Assembly (NCBI GenBank): GCA_038801705.1
Contig: JAULTC010000001.1
Location: 169,916 to 233,915 of the forward strand
Length of the DNA stretch: 64,000 nucleotides
Reading direction: 5' to 3'
DNA from: Candidatus Methanosuratincola mesotaenarum
Lineage (GTDB): Archaea > Thermoproteota > Methanomethylicia > Methanomethylicales > Methanomethylicaceae
Part shown: piece after piece, positions 42,022 through 51,922 of the stretch
Numbering within the stretch: the stretch's first letter is position 1
Layout of the letters: the number at the start of each line of letters is the position of its first letter
Translations under genes and position numbers: made by a program
The notes under the pieces: model-generated
Database searches by the model: none
The model's input: only the letters and a program-made list of their open reading frames with translations
What the model was told of the DNA's origin: nothing

Positions 42022-42490
42022 TCAAACATGATCGGAGGTCGTCTCGCCGATCCTCCTGACCTTAGTCCAAGAGTGCTCCCTTTTGAAAAGCACATCAAAG
42101 AGGGCTTTGATAAGGAAGAAGTCTATAAGATGCTTGTAGCCAAAGACGAAGAATGGGGAGTAGAGAACTAGGCGCCTCTCTTCCTCGTCGATCTCAACAG
42201 CAAGAAGGCTCAGAAGGAACTGCAGGAAGATGAAGACCGAAAACATCACTAGCACTGGGAGATATACCCCCTGGTAAATCGATATAAAAGCAGAAACCCA
42301 GACAGCTACTCCGGCGAAGGGTAAAGCTGCCATCGTCAGCAGTACGAACGGAAAGGCCACTCGGTGCAGAAATCAATACTTGGGGTTTGAAGGCATCCTG
42401 TGTTTCCATAATGTCTGGAAGTTTCCGCTGTACCACCTCATCCTCTGCCTGTACAGGTCGCGCATGTTGTACCGCAGATCCTCGTCGTAT
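42022..42490 (-). pseudogene. GT2-family processive glycosyltransferase remnant (C-terminal part only, interrupted)
   Basis: Fragment 42374-42490 encodes ...YDEDLRYNMRDLYRQRMRWYSGNFQTLW. It contains the Q(Q/R)xRW GT2 motif and ends at a stop. A different frame then continues as the TM-rich C-terminus (42022-42360, ...YKHLIDFFLIKALFDVLFKREHSWTKVRR). No N-terminal catalytic half is present upstream. Confidence 0.6.
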
Positions 42491-42582
42491 TAGATTTTTC
42501 TGAGCCGCCAGACACGCTAAGCGCCTAACAACGAATTCGCCGATTGGTATCAGAGGATATGTTAACCAAGGGGAGTGCGCAA

Positions 42583-43317
42583 TCAAAGGGAAGTACATGC
42601 CACCTCAGTGCTGTTGAAAGAAGGGTCCTTAAATCTGAGCTCATTAAACCCATGCGTGTCGAGCAGCCTTCCGCTTATCCTATCCAAGTGCCTTTGGGCA
42701 GCATGCATAGCCTCCTCCATCTCGCTAGCGGTGGGCGACCTCCAAGGAGATCCTGGCACAGGGACGTAACCTGTTATGTGTAAACTGATGCTTCTGTCCA
42801 GTCCAGCGACGAACTCGGCGATGCGCCCGATCTCTTCAACTGAGACCAAGCCAGGGATCATCACGGTGCCTGCCTCGAGTTTAATCCCCCTTTTGTATGC
42901 ATCCGCAAAATTGCTCAGGACCTGCCTATTGGAAATGCCCGTGTACATCCTGTGCAGCTGCTCGTCATAGGCTTTTATGCTGAAGTTCGCCTCGTCTATG
43001 AACTCTGGGATCCTCCCAGATCCGTTCGTGTGCCCGATCTTAGTAATGGCTCCGAGATCCTCATGCGCAAACCTCGCTATCCGGACCAGATCTGGGTTGA
43101 GCGTAGGCTCCCCGCCTATGAAGTGCACCCTCCCAGGTTTCAGTTCCGCCAGGATCCGGACTATCTTCTCCCTCTCCAGCCCTCCCTTCGCAGGGCGCCT
43201 GGACCTGCTTTTCATCTTGTAGGCACAGCCCAGGCAGTTGAAATTGCAGCCCTCATTATAAATGCAAACTCTAGAGGTGCCGTTGTTAGTATTCAGGGTG
43301 ATCTTGCAGAATGCCAA
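42583..43317 (-). CDS. small radical SAM enzyme, PflA/NrdG-like activase family
   Basis: 244 aa; GCNFNCLGC is Cx3Cx2C near the N-terminus; FIGGEP is the glycine-rich SAM motif. Confidence 0.75.
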   Translation of the reverse strand: MAFCKITLNTNNGTSRVCIYNEGCNFNCLGCAYKMKSRSRRPAKGGLEREKIVRILAELKPGRVHFIGGEPTLNPDLVRIARFAHEDLGAITKIGHTNGSGRIPEFIDEANFSIKAYDEQLHRMYTGISNRQVLSNFADAYKRGIKLEAGTVMIPGLVSVEEIGRIAEFVAGLDRSISLHITGYVPVPGSPWRSPTASEMEEAMHAAQRHLDRISGRLLDTHGFNELRFKDPSFNSTEVACTSL

Positions 43318-43886
43318 ATTAGCCTCACAGAGGGATTTATGAACTGCTTAGAATTATAAATATTACTATAATTAAAACGAGTAACAACATCAGGGGGTCG
43401 ACTGGCAAGCAGAGAAGGCACCCAGCAGTCGCCCAGCCTGATTTTTGATGTAATGCATATTTTTGGCTAGAAGTGCTTATATAGATGCATCTAATTCCTA
43501 TTTAATGCGTGAATTATATGGGTGACAGCCTTTGGTACACTGAGGGTCGGCCTTCCGGTCGATGAAAACCCGAATTGTAATAGAACCCTTCCGAATATTC
43601 ATGGACCATGCCCGCCTCCGCGGGATCCGCCTGAACAAGTTCTCGAAAAGAAAGACAGGACCTCTGACGGAGCTACCAATCCAGCAGGGTCTGTCAAAAG
43701 GTCCATGCAGACCTCTGGGGGTCGTGGCTCCTGCAGAAGAAAGGTAAGAAATGCACTGTCCAGGTCCGAAGATCTCGAGAGCATGCAAAAACCGCTACCA
43801 GTTCCTTCTGTGGATACGCCAGCGGGCAGCCAAACCGCCGACACGACTGGCAGCCTGATTCTGGATATTTATTGAGGTGAAGGCGC

Positions 43887-44924
43887 ATGGACGACACAAC
43901 AATAAAAAATGTGATGAAGAAGCTCACGACCTTCCATAACTTGACCGACGAGGAGGCATACAACACCATAATGGAGCTCTCTAAGGGCACCCTTACGGAT
44001 TCGCAGATAGCTGGATTCCAGGTAGCTATGCTGATGAAGGGACCGACCATCTCGGAGATAGCGAGCATGGCGAAGGCAATGAAAGATGTTGCCAAGCCCG
44101 TGAGGCCAAAGATCTCTGGAAGGCTCACGGACACCTGCGGAACCGGCGGCGGGGTGCCGACCTACAACATCTCAACAGCCAATGCGGTAGTGACGGCGGC
44201 AGGCGGCGTCTATGTAGCAAAGCACGGAAGCAGGTCGATTGCGGGACGTTCGGGCAGTGCAGATGTTCTCGAGGCGCTCGGAATAAAGATAAGCCTGACG
44301 CCCGAGCAGGCTGAGAAGCTCATCGAGGAGATAGGGATCTGCTTCCTGAACGCCTCTGACTTTCACCCTGTGATGGGCAGAGTTTGGAAGCCGGAGAGCG
44401 AGCTCGGCATAAAGACCATATTCTTCACGATAATGGGTCCGCTCATTAACCCTGCTGATGCTAAGGCTCACCTGCTTGGAGTGTACAAGCCTGACCTCGT
44501 CCAGATGGTCGCCGAGATCCTGGCGAGGATGGACTTCGCCCGCGCGCTGGTCGTGCACGGCGTAGATGGGTTCGACGAGATCTCACTCACTGGGAAGACG
44601 CTCGTCGCAGAGGTGAACGGTACAAATATCGAGAGGTACGAGCTGACGCCTGAGGAGTTCGGTCTCGAGAGGTGCCACCCAGAAGCCCTGAGCGGAGGGA
44701 CACCTGAGGATAACGCACAGATCATCCGGAACATATTCTCCGGCAAGGAGAAAGGGCCGAGGAGGGATGTGCTGCTGATGAATGCTGCCGGCAGCCTCTA
44801 CGTTGGTGGCATGGCATCATCATTTCGAGACGGCATAGAGCTCGCGAGGAACATCATCGACGAAGGAAAAGCAGAAAAGAAGCTGGAGGAATTCATTAGA
44901 GCGTCGAATGAGGTGGATGCGTGA
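43887..44924 (+). CDS. trpD: anthranilate phosphoribosyltransferase
   Basis: GTGG (CGTGGGVPTYNISTA) and KHGSRS. Confidence 0.9.
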   Translation: MDDTTIKNVMKKLTTFHNLTDEEAYNTIMELSKGTLTDSQIAGFQVAMLMKGPTISEIASMAKAMKDVAKPVRPKISGRLTDTCGTGGGVPTYNISTANAVVTAAGGVYVAKHGSRSIAGRSGSADVLEALGIKISLTPEQAEKLIEEIGICFLNASDFHPVMGRVWKPESELGIKTIFFTIMGPLINPADAKAHLLGVYKPDLVQMVAEILARMDFARALVVHGVDGFDEISLTGKTLVAEVNGTNIERYELTPEEFGLERCHPEALSGGTPEDNAQIIRNIFSGKEKGPRRDVLLMNAAGSLYVGGMASSFRDGIELARNIIDEGKAEKKLEEFIRASNEVDA

Positions 44925-45175
44925 TGCCTACCGCGATAGTGCTGATAAACACGAAGAAGGGGACGATCCCGGAGACCGCGAAGGAGCTGGGCAAGATAGA
45001 CGAGGTGATGGAGGTTTACTCGGTCGCTGGCGACTACGACCTCGTGGCGATCATCCGCGTTGAGGAGTACGAGAGGTTCTCAGAGGTCATAGCCGAAATG
45101 ATGCAGAAAATACCAGGTATCGAGAGGACGAAGACACTGATGGCATTCAAGACCTATAAGGTAGAACTTAGTTGA
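44921..45175 (+). CDS. stand-alone RAM (Lrp/AsnC ligand-binding) domain protein
   Basis: 84 aa; ...YDLVAIIRVEEYERFSEVI...IPGIERTKTLMAF fits the AsnC C-terminal domain with no HTH. Translationally coupled between trpD and trpC. Confidence 0.65.
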   Translation: MMPTAIVLINTKKGTIPETAKELGKIDEVMEVYSVAGDYDLVAIIRVEEYERFSEVIAEMMQKIPGIERTKTLMAFKTYKVELS

Positions 45176-45855
45176 CGAGGCTCTCAGATGCCATACGGGA
45201 TGCGAAAAGGAAGGGAGTCTACCCAGTAATAGGCGAGGTGAAAGTCAGGAGCCCCAGGGACGGGGACCTGCTCGGGGGAAGGGACCCTGCAACGCTCGCT
45301 GGGGAGATGGTTGAGGCGGGCGCCGTGGCGGTGTCGGTCGTGACCGAGCAGAAGAGCTTCGGTGGGAGCCTGGAGATCCTGCGCGAGGTGAGGAGGGCTG
45401 TTGGGGTGCCCCTGCTCAGGAAAGATTTCATCACTAGTGAGTGCCAGGTTCGGGAAGAGCGCGGGATAGATGCCATACTGATTATATGCAGCATGCTTGG
45501 AGACCCGAGGCTAGAGGAGATCAACTCGGCGTGCCTGAGGGAAGGGATCGAGCCTCTGATCGAAATCCACTCGGAGACGGAGATCGCAAGGGCAAACTCG
45601 CTGAGGCCCTCCCTGATTGGCATAAACAATAGGGATATCTTGAGGCTCGAGATCGACGACGGCGACGTGAGCACAACAAAGAGGCTCGCCCCGCTCGCCC
45701 ATAAAGGTGCAGTCGTAGTGAGCGAGAGCTCGATCTCGACGAGGGCAGATGTCGAGGAGGCGATTAGGTCGGGTGCCGACGCCGTACTGGTCGGGACCGC
45801 CCTGCTGAAGGCAAGTAGCGTGAAGGAAAAGCTGAGGGAGCTGATCGGGAGATGA
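45172..45855 (+). CDS. trpC: indole-3-glycerol phosphate synthase
   Basis: (beta/alpha)8 IGPS pattern: EVKVRSP, IGINNRDL, VSESGI-like VVSESSI. Confidence 0.85.
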   Translation: MTRLSDAIRDAKRKGVYPVIGEVKVRSPRDGDLLGGRDPATLAGEMVEAGAVAVSVVTEQKSFGGSLEILREVRRAVGVPLLRKDFITSECQVREERGIDAILIICSMLGDPRLEEINSACLREGIEPLIEIHSETEIARANSLRPSLIGINNRDILRLEIDDGDVSTTKRLAPLAHKGAVVVSESSISTRADVEEAIRSGADAVLVGTALLKASSVKEKLRELIGR

Positions 45856-46526
45856 GGGTGAAGGTCTGCGGGATAACAAGGGATGAGGACATCGCTGTGT
45901 GCGTCGACGCTGGTGTGGATGCCTTGGGTTTCGTGGTCGAGTACCCGCTTCCGGTCCCATGGAACATAAGCAGGGAGGAGGCGAGGAGGCTCGTCCTAAA
46001 GGTTCCCCCGTATGTCTCATCCGTCTTGGTCACGTCCGGAAGGGATGTGGAAAGGGCGGTCGCGCTCGCGAGAGAGGTGATGCCGGACGTTATCCAGCTG
46101 CACGGTGGTGAGGGCGAGGGGGAGACGGGGGAGATCGTAAAACTGATGAGGGGCGAGGGGGTAAAGGTGGTGAAGGCGCTCCCGATCGATGTGAGCATGC
46201 GCCTTAAAATGGAGGAGCTTACCAGGAGCGCGCTTTCATTCCAGGATCGTGGGATCGACGCACTACTGCTGGACTCGAGGACCGATGATATGCCGGCAGG
46301 AACTGGCATCCCCATAAACATGGAGTGTGCAAAGAGGGTGAGGGAGGCGCTGAGGATACCGATGATCCTGGCAGGAGGGCTAAACCCAGAGAATGTGGGC
46401 GAGGCGATCAGGCATGTCAGGCCTTATGGGGTGGATGTGCTCTCAGGGGTGGAGAGATCGCCAGGCATCAAGGATCCCGAAAAGGTCAGAACCGTCGTGA
46501 AGAGATGCAGGAGTGATATGGAGTGA
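45852..46526 (+). CDS. trpF: phosphoribosylanthranilate isomerase
   Basis: MRVKVCGIT N-terminus and QLHG motif. Confidence 0.85.
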   Translation: MRVKVCGITRDEDIAVCVDAGVDALGFVVEYPLPVPWNISREEARRLVLKVPPYVSSVLVTSGRDVERAVALAREVMPDVIQLHGGEGEGETGEIVKLMRGEGVKVVKALPIDVSMRLKMEELTRSALSFQDRGIDALLLDSRTDDMPAGTGIPINMECAKRVREALRIPMILAGGLNPENVGEAIRHVRPYGVDVLSGVERSPGIKDPEKVRTVVKRCRSDME

Positions 46527-47698
46527 AGAAGGGCAGGTTCGGAATATTCGGAGGGCAATATGTCAGCGAGCTACTGATGCCTGTCCTCATCGAGCTGGAG
46601 GAGGCATTCGACAGGATCTGCCCGACGGAGGACTTCCAGCGGAGGTTCAGGGGGCTGCTCAGGGATTACGGAGGGAGACCGACGCCGCTCTACTACGCCC
46701 AGAACCTCAGCGGGCTCGTCGGGTTCAGGGTTTACCTGAAGAGGGAGGACCTCCTCTGTGGGGGGTCGCATAAGTTGAACAATTCCCTGGGGCAGGCACT
46801 CCTCGCCAGCAGGATGAATAAAAAACGCATTATAACCGAGACGGCGGCGGGTCAGCACGGGGTATCCGCCGCAATGGCAGGCAACATCGTAGGCCTCGAG
46901 ACCGAGATATTCATGGGAGTCAAGGACATGGAGAGGCAGGAGAGCAACGTGAAGAGGATGAGGCTCCTCGGCGGAAGGGTGACTCCAGTGACGACCGGGT
47001 ACGGGCTACTCAAGGACGCGGTCTCGGACACCCTGAGGGAGTGGACGACCAGCTCCCGGACTACCCACTACCTGATGGGCTCAGCCGTCGGCCCTCACCC
47101 ATTCCCCATGATAGTTGCTACATTCCAAAGCGTGATAGGCGAGGAGATCAAAGCGCAGGTACTCGAGAAGGATGGAGGGCTGCCCGATGCGATAGTCGCT
47201 TGCGGGAGTGGCGGCAGCAACGCAGTGGGGGCATTCAGACCATTCATTGAAGAAAAGGACGTGAGGCTCTACTTCATTGAGGGAGGCGGCGAAAGCCTGG
47301 ATGCTGACAACTGCGCGGCAGCGTTTGCGCTCGGAAGGCCAGGTGTGCTCCACGGGGCAGTCATGCAGATCCTGCAGGACGAGCACGGTCAGATAAAGCC
47401 CTCTAGAACCAGGGCATCCGGCCTAAACTACCCCGGAAGGGGCCCGGAGATATCCCACCTCTGCCAAACCGGGAGGGTTAAGGCGGGCTACGCCTTCGAC
47501 AGGGATGTCTTCGAGGCAGTGAGGGTCATGTGCAGGACCGAGGGGCTGATACCCGCGCTGGAGACTGCCCATGCAATAGCTTATGTGCTCAAAAATAAGG
47601 AGGACTTCGACAGGGATGATGTGGTCGTGATAAACTATTCTGGGAGGGGCGACAAAGATCTTGATCTCATATTCAGACACTCTGAAGATAAGCAGTAA
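46523..47698 (+). CDS. trpB: tryptophan synthase beta chain
   Basis: PLP-lysine region GGSHKLNNSLGQALLA and GSGGSNAVG. Confidence 0.9.
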   Translation: MKKGRFGIFGGQYVSELLMPVLIELEEAFDRICPTEDFQRRFRGLLRDYGGRPTPLYYAQNLSGLVGFRVYLKREDLLCGGSHKLNNSLGQALLASRMNKKRIITETAAGQHGVSAAMAGNIVGLETEIFMGVKDMERQESNVKRMRLLGGRVTPVTTGYGLLKDAVSDTLREWTTSSRTTHYLMGSAVGPHPFPMIVATFQSVIGEEIKAQVLEKDGGLPDAIVACGSGGSNAVGAFRPFIEEKDVRLYFIEGGGESLDADNCAAAFALGRPGVLHGAVMQILQDEHGQIKPSRTRASGLNYPGRGPEISHLCQTGRVKAGYAFDRDVFEAVRVMCRTEGLIPALETAHAIAYVLKNKEDFDRDDVVVINYSGRGDKDLDLIFRHSEDKQ

Positions 47699-48512
47699 GT
47701 TTGATGAGTTGAAGAAGAGGGGGGAAGGGGCGTACATGGCTCACGTCTACTACGGCGACCCAAACGAAGAGTTCTCGATCAGGCTGATCAGGACGCTGGC
47801 AGAGAACGGGGCGGACCTAATAGAGTTCGGAATACCTTTCTCGGATCCAACAGCCGACGGGCCTGCGTTCCAAGCTGCCTGTGAGAGGTCGCTGAGGGGC
47901 GGCATGACGCCCAAGCGGTGCATAGAGGGGCTGGAGAGGCTCAGGAGAGAGGGCTTGAAGGCCCCGGTCGTGGTCACTACATACTACAACATACCCTACA
48001 GCATGGGATTGGAGAGGTTCATGGCTGAGATAAAAGAAGCCGGTGCGCAGGCGGTAATTGTACCGGATCTTTCGTTCGAGGAGGCGGACGAACTTGTGAG
48101 AGCCGGAGGGAAGCAGGGATTGGACGTCATTTTCCAGATCGCCCCGACGACAGAAGGCGCGAGGCTGAACAGGATCATAGATGCGGCGTCTGGATTCCTC
48201 TACGTGATAAACGTGGAGGGCGTGACCGGAACCAAGAAGGAACTTCAAAGATCCACGCTTGAACTGATAAGGGGAGTGAGATCACGCACCGGGATACCTC
48301 TGATGGCAGGATTCGGTGTCTCAAAAAAGGAGCATGTAGTCGATCTCGTATCTTCTGGGGCGGACGGCGTCGTGACCGGGAGCGCCATAGCCGAGATCTA
48401 CTCAAGAAAACTGGATGGTCCGGAGGATGCGCTTCCCGAGATTGCCAGGTTTGCGAGGGAGATAAAAGCGGGGTGCGTCGAGGGGTTCGCAAGGCGGAGC
48501 TTGAATCGCTAG
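47661..48512 (+). CDS. trpA: tryptophan synthase alpha chain
   Basis: YYGDP...IEFGIPFSDPTADGP matches the TrpA active-site region. Start uncertain (47661 or ATG 47736). Confidence 0.85.
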   Translation: MISYSDTLKISSKFDELKKRGEGAYMAHVYYGDPNEEFSIRLIRTLAENGADLIEFGIPFSDPTADGPAFQAACERSLRGGMTPKRCIEGLERLRREGLKAPVVVTTYYNIPYSMGLERFMAEIKEAGAQAVIVPDLSFEEADELVRAGGKQGLDVIFQIAPTTEGARLNRIIDAASGFLYVINVEGVTGTKKELQRSTLELIRGVRSRTGIPLMAGFGVSKKEHVVDLVSSGADGVVTGSAIAEIYSRKLDGPEDALPEIARFAREIKAGCVEGFARRSLNR

Positions 48513-48934
48513 CACCTATGGAGGGGGATCATCCTCCCCTTCCGCATACCCCCACATGTCATCTAGGTAAAAGCAAAACGCATTTCTGAATCTTTCTTAC
48601 GAATGGCCACGGAAAGTTACAACTGCAAAAAACCAGTGCTTGTGCATTGGCTGAAAAATTCAAGCTGGGTGCCTCGAAATAGCCCTTGTTTATTGCCAGC
48701 CTCTTCAGCTTTTTACCCGGTTTCTCACTCTCCTTCAGCCAGAAGCTGGTGCCCAAACGATGCCTGCAGGGGCTTGCTTTGTCTTGGGAAACTGGCAGTG
48801 GTCTCCGAGACCCTTCAGCTGCAAGGCTTACTCAGAGCGGCACAGGGTGAGCGGTTACACCCTCCTTTGCTACTTAGCGCCATCGCATTTTGGTATTGGA
48901 TTAATGATTGGCATCATGTTTGGTTATACTCTCC

Positions 48935-49666
48935 TCATCCCTTGCTACTTAGCACTATCCTCTCTTTGGTAACCCGACGGAAGAGCAAAAAGGCTATTAG
49001 AGCTAAGATGGTGGCGACCCCAAGTGAAACAAACAATATACTCCAGGATGCAGGGCCAAACATTAGGACTGGGGAAAGCCCGAAAGCAACTCCAAATATG
49101 GCACCCATGATGGCAACATTGACCCAGCGTATATTGGTGATTATGAGCTGTAGAGATACCATTAATAAAGATATAAAGAAAGAGATCAGCGGTATGATCA
49201 CCACGATCGCTACCAATGGAGCGGCACCGGGAATGATAAATCGCCCAAACTCTGGCGCTATAAAGAACTGATTGATGCCAATTATGCTGACAAAGGTGAA
49301 GAACCAGCTTAAGAGTAGGCTGGGCAGAAATAGGGCTAATGTCTTTCCCAGACAGATTTGCTTCAGGCTCAACGGTGTGCAAAGCAACGACTCAATGGAA
49401 TGCTTTATCTTTTCCATGGTAATTGTGTAGGCATTGATATAAAGACAGAAGAGCATCGTCAACATCAAAGAGAGCATGAAGGCAAGGGATCCCAGAAGAG
49501 CTTGAACGGCTGAAATTTCTGTCTCTCCCATTGTGCCAATTACTTCCCCGATCCCCCCAGACAACATCACTATAACGAAGATGGCTACGCCTATGTTGGC
49601 GTAGAAAGCCTTGGTCTGGAAGGTTTCCTTTAAATCTTTTCTGGCCACTACAAGTATCTTGTTCAC
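48935..49666 (-). CDS. ABC-2 family exporter permease
   Basis: 243 aa with six TM helices; GTG start. Flanked by short duplicated copies of its own 3' end. Confidence 0.75.
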   Translation of the reverse strand: MNKILVVARKDLKETFQTKAFYANIGVAIFVIVMLSGGIGEVIGTMGETEISAVQALLGSLAFMLSLMLTMLFCLYINAYTITMEKIKHSIESLLCTPLSLKQICLGKTLALFLPSLLLSWFFTFVSIIGINQFFIAPEFGRFIIPGAAPLVAIVVIIPLISFFISLLMVSLQLIITNIRWVNVAIMGAIFGVAFGLSPVLMFGPASWSILFVSLGVATILALIAFLLFRRVTKERIVLSSKG

Positions 49667-49738
49667 GATTTCCCCGCCCCTTTGCTACTCAGCAATATCC
49701 TCTCCTTGGCAAGACAAAGGGCAAGACGAGACATCTTT

Positions 49739-50668
49739 TCACCCCTCTTCATTTACAGCTTTGGCGTAGATTTCCTCAAGTGTTGCCTCGCCCTTTCTTA
49801 CCTCCTCCACCTTCACGCCGCTATCCAGGAGCCTGGCCACAATTTCGGAAGTATCAGCACTTGTGTCAAGAGTGAGATGAATGGTGTGACCCTCACGGCG
49901 GCAGTCTTCTATATAGGGCAGGGCTCTAAGCTCAGCCAAAATGCTGTCAAGTCGAGGGTTTGCCACCGTTTCTATTATTACCTCCCTACGACCTACCTCC
50001 CTTCTTAGTTTTTCCAGTTCTCCATAAAGCTTTATCTTCCCCTTATCGATGAGAGCGATGCGGTTACATATCCGCTGCACCTCGTCCAGATTATGAGAGC
50101 TCAAGAAAATGGTCTTACCTAGGTTGTGTGCCATATCCAATATAATCTCCCTTACTTCGATTTGCCCTGATGGGTCAACGCCAGCCGTGGGCTCGTCCAA
50201 GATAAGAAGATCAGGATCATGTACCATAGCCCGCGCCAGGGCAAGCTTCTGTCGCATGCCCTTGGAATAACGGGCTACTTTATCATCTGCCCTATCCCCC
50301 AGGCCAACGCGCTCAAGTAGTTCTTTGATCTTGCTTCTAGCATGGGCTCTGGGAACGCCATATATCTGGGCGTAGTAGTCCAGATTGTCATAACCAGTAA
50401 GATTATCATAAAGCCCATCAGCCTCAAGGACAAAGCCAACCTTTTGTCTGGCTTCATCCTCTGAGACATCTTTACCCATAACAAAAGCCCTACCAGAGTC
50501 GGGCTTGAGTAACCCCAGGATGACCTTTATAGTAGTCGTCTTGCCTGCGCCATTGGGACCAAGGTAGCCAAAGATGTCCCCTGGCTCCACAGCAAAGCTG
50601 ATACTTTTTAAAATCTCATGATCTCCCAGATTTTTGCTTACCTGTTCTAAACTTATAACCGAGTCCAT
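49739..50668 (-). CDS. ABC transporter ATP-binding protein
   Basis: GPNGAGKTTTIKV, SKGMRQKLALARA, LILDEPTAGVD. Confidence 0.85.
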   Translation of the reverse strand: MDSVISLEQVSKNLGDHEILKSISFAVEPGDIFGYLGPNGAGKTTTIKVILGLLKPDSGRAFVMGKDVSEDEARQKVGFVLEADGLYDNLTGYDNLDYYAQIYGVPRAHARSKIKELLERVGLGDRADDKVARYSKGMRQKLALARAMVHDPDLLILDEPTAGVDPSGQIEVREIILDMAHNLGKTIFLSSHNLDEVQRICNRIALIDKGKIKLYGELEKLRREVGRREVIIETVANPRLDSILAELRALPYIEDCRREGHTIHLTLDTSADTSEIVARLLDSGVKVEEVRKGEATLEEIYAKAVNEEG

Positions 50669-50759
50669 CTAGCTACCCCTTTTCTTCTCTTATCTGCCGC
50701 CCCTCTGCCTCGTTTGAGGCGGCTAGCGCATATATAACTTACCATATGATTTGATTTTT

Positions 50760-50829
50760 CTGACGTACTCCCACGGCTAAAGCCTGTGGGCTTGCCTTCG
50801 TTATCCACCTCATGGCCCCATTATCGTAA
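50760..50829. repeat. 70-nt intergenic repeat element, copy 3 of 3
   Basis: Identical to copy 1. Lies between an ABC ATPase gene and the LEA14-like gene. Confidence 0.85.
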
Positions 50830-50914
50830 AAAGGCAGCCTCCGCAATCGATAAATCATAGTCTTTAGTTAATCATAATAATTACGAAAAGTAATCTTGAC
50901 AGGAGGAGGTTTGA

Positions 50915-51373
50915 ATGAGTGGCAAAAAGGTATTGGTCTTAGTGGTCGTGGCAGCCCTTATCGTAGCTGGGTTCGCTTACTACGAGTGGATGAAGGTGGA
51001 GGCACTCAACTCCTGCGAGGTGGAACTCGTCGGCGTAAATGTCGAAAGCATCGGCACCACGGCAGTGGTGCTGGAATTGAACTGGAGTATCTACAACCCG
51101 AACAGCGTGACCGCGACTATGGACAATGCGACTTACACTATCTTTGCAAACAACATAACCCTTGGCAACGGGGTTGCTCCCGGGATAGCTGTGCCTCCGG
51201 GCGAGAACAGCACGTTGGTAACAGATTTAGAAGTTGCCTACGAGGATGCCTTTGAAGCGATATGGTCTGCCCTTGAGGCTGGGAATGTGACGTGGAGGTT
51301 GAACGGTACGGCATATTTCAATACCCCCTTGGGAGCGTTGGATGTTCCTTTCGACCGAACACTCTACCCATAA
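50915..51373 (+). CDS. LEA14-like / WHy-domain protein with N-terminal membrane anchor
   Basis: N-terminal hydrophobic anchor, then WHy-domain pattern ...LNWSIYNPNS...YTIFANNITLGNG... Confidence 0.65.
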   Translation: MSGKKVLVLVVVAALIVAGFAYYEWMKVEALNSCEVELVGVNVESIGTTAVVLELNWSIYNPNSVTATMDNATYTIFANNITLGNGVAPGIAVPPGENSTLVTDLEVAYEDAFEAIWSALEAGNVTWRLNGTAYFNTPLGALDVPFDRTLYP

Positions 51374-51748
51374 CATATCCTTACTCCCAAATGATTTTTT
51401 TGAGCATGCAATGCGCCTGAATCGTAGAAGCAGCGGCATCTTATCTCCAGTTGCTCGATGCTTCCAGCAGTCCAGCAGTCTCGGCCTATTATCAGTCCTA
51501 CTAGCTTTCAATAAGTGAAGAGACTTCAAGCTTCATTGTCATTCTTAATGATCTGTTGTTTGGTTGTTGAGCCGACCGAATCATTGTACCTAGAGCATTC
51601 GAGATCAGCATTCGGTCCATCTTCCCATCGAAAAAGAGTGGTGCAGCCCAGCCGCTTCTGCACACGAGTTGGTTAGGTAAAGCACCAAAAACAAAGGGAT
51701 GGATGATTCAGCCGACGCCAAGGTTTAGTGTTTGCCCAAGAAAATGCA

Positions 51749-51922
51749 GGGATTGGATTAATCGATGATGAGGCGGTGAGGAAGACCGCGAATGTCAACG
51801 GTATCGATGATACTGGTTCGCCTTACGCACGGATGCGGGCCGTCCGAGAGGGACACCCTGACACCCTCCCAGCCCTCGTCCCTGAAGAGGTATTTGACAA
51901 GGGCGGAAGAGTCAATGACCAT
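51749..51922 (-). pseudogene. truncated PIN-domain (VapC-like) toxin gene
   Basis: ATG overlaps the last codons of the upstream RHH gene (GTGATGGTCATTGA). MVIDSSALVKYLF is a PIN N-terminus with the catalytic Asp. Only 57 codons before a stop and the C-terminal PIN motifs are absent. Confidence 0.45.
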
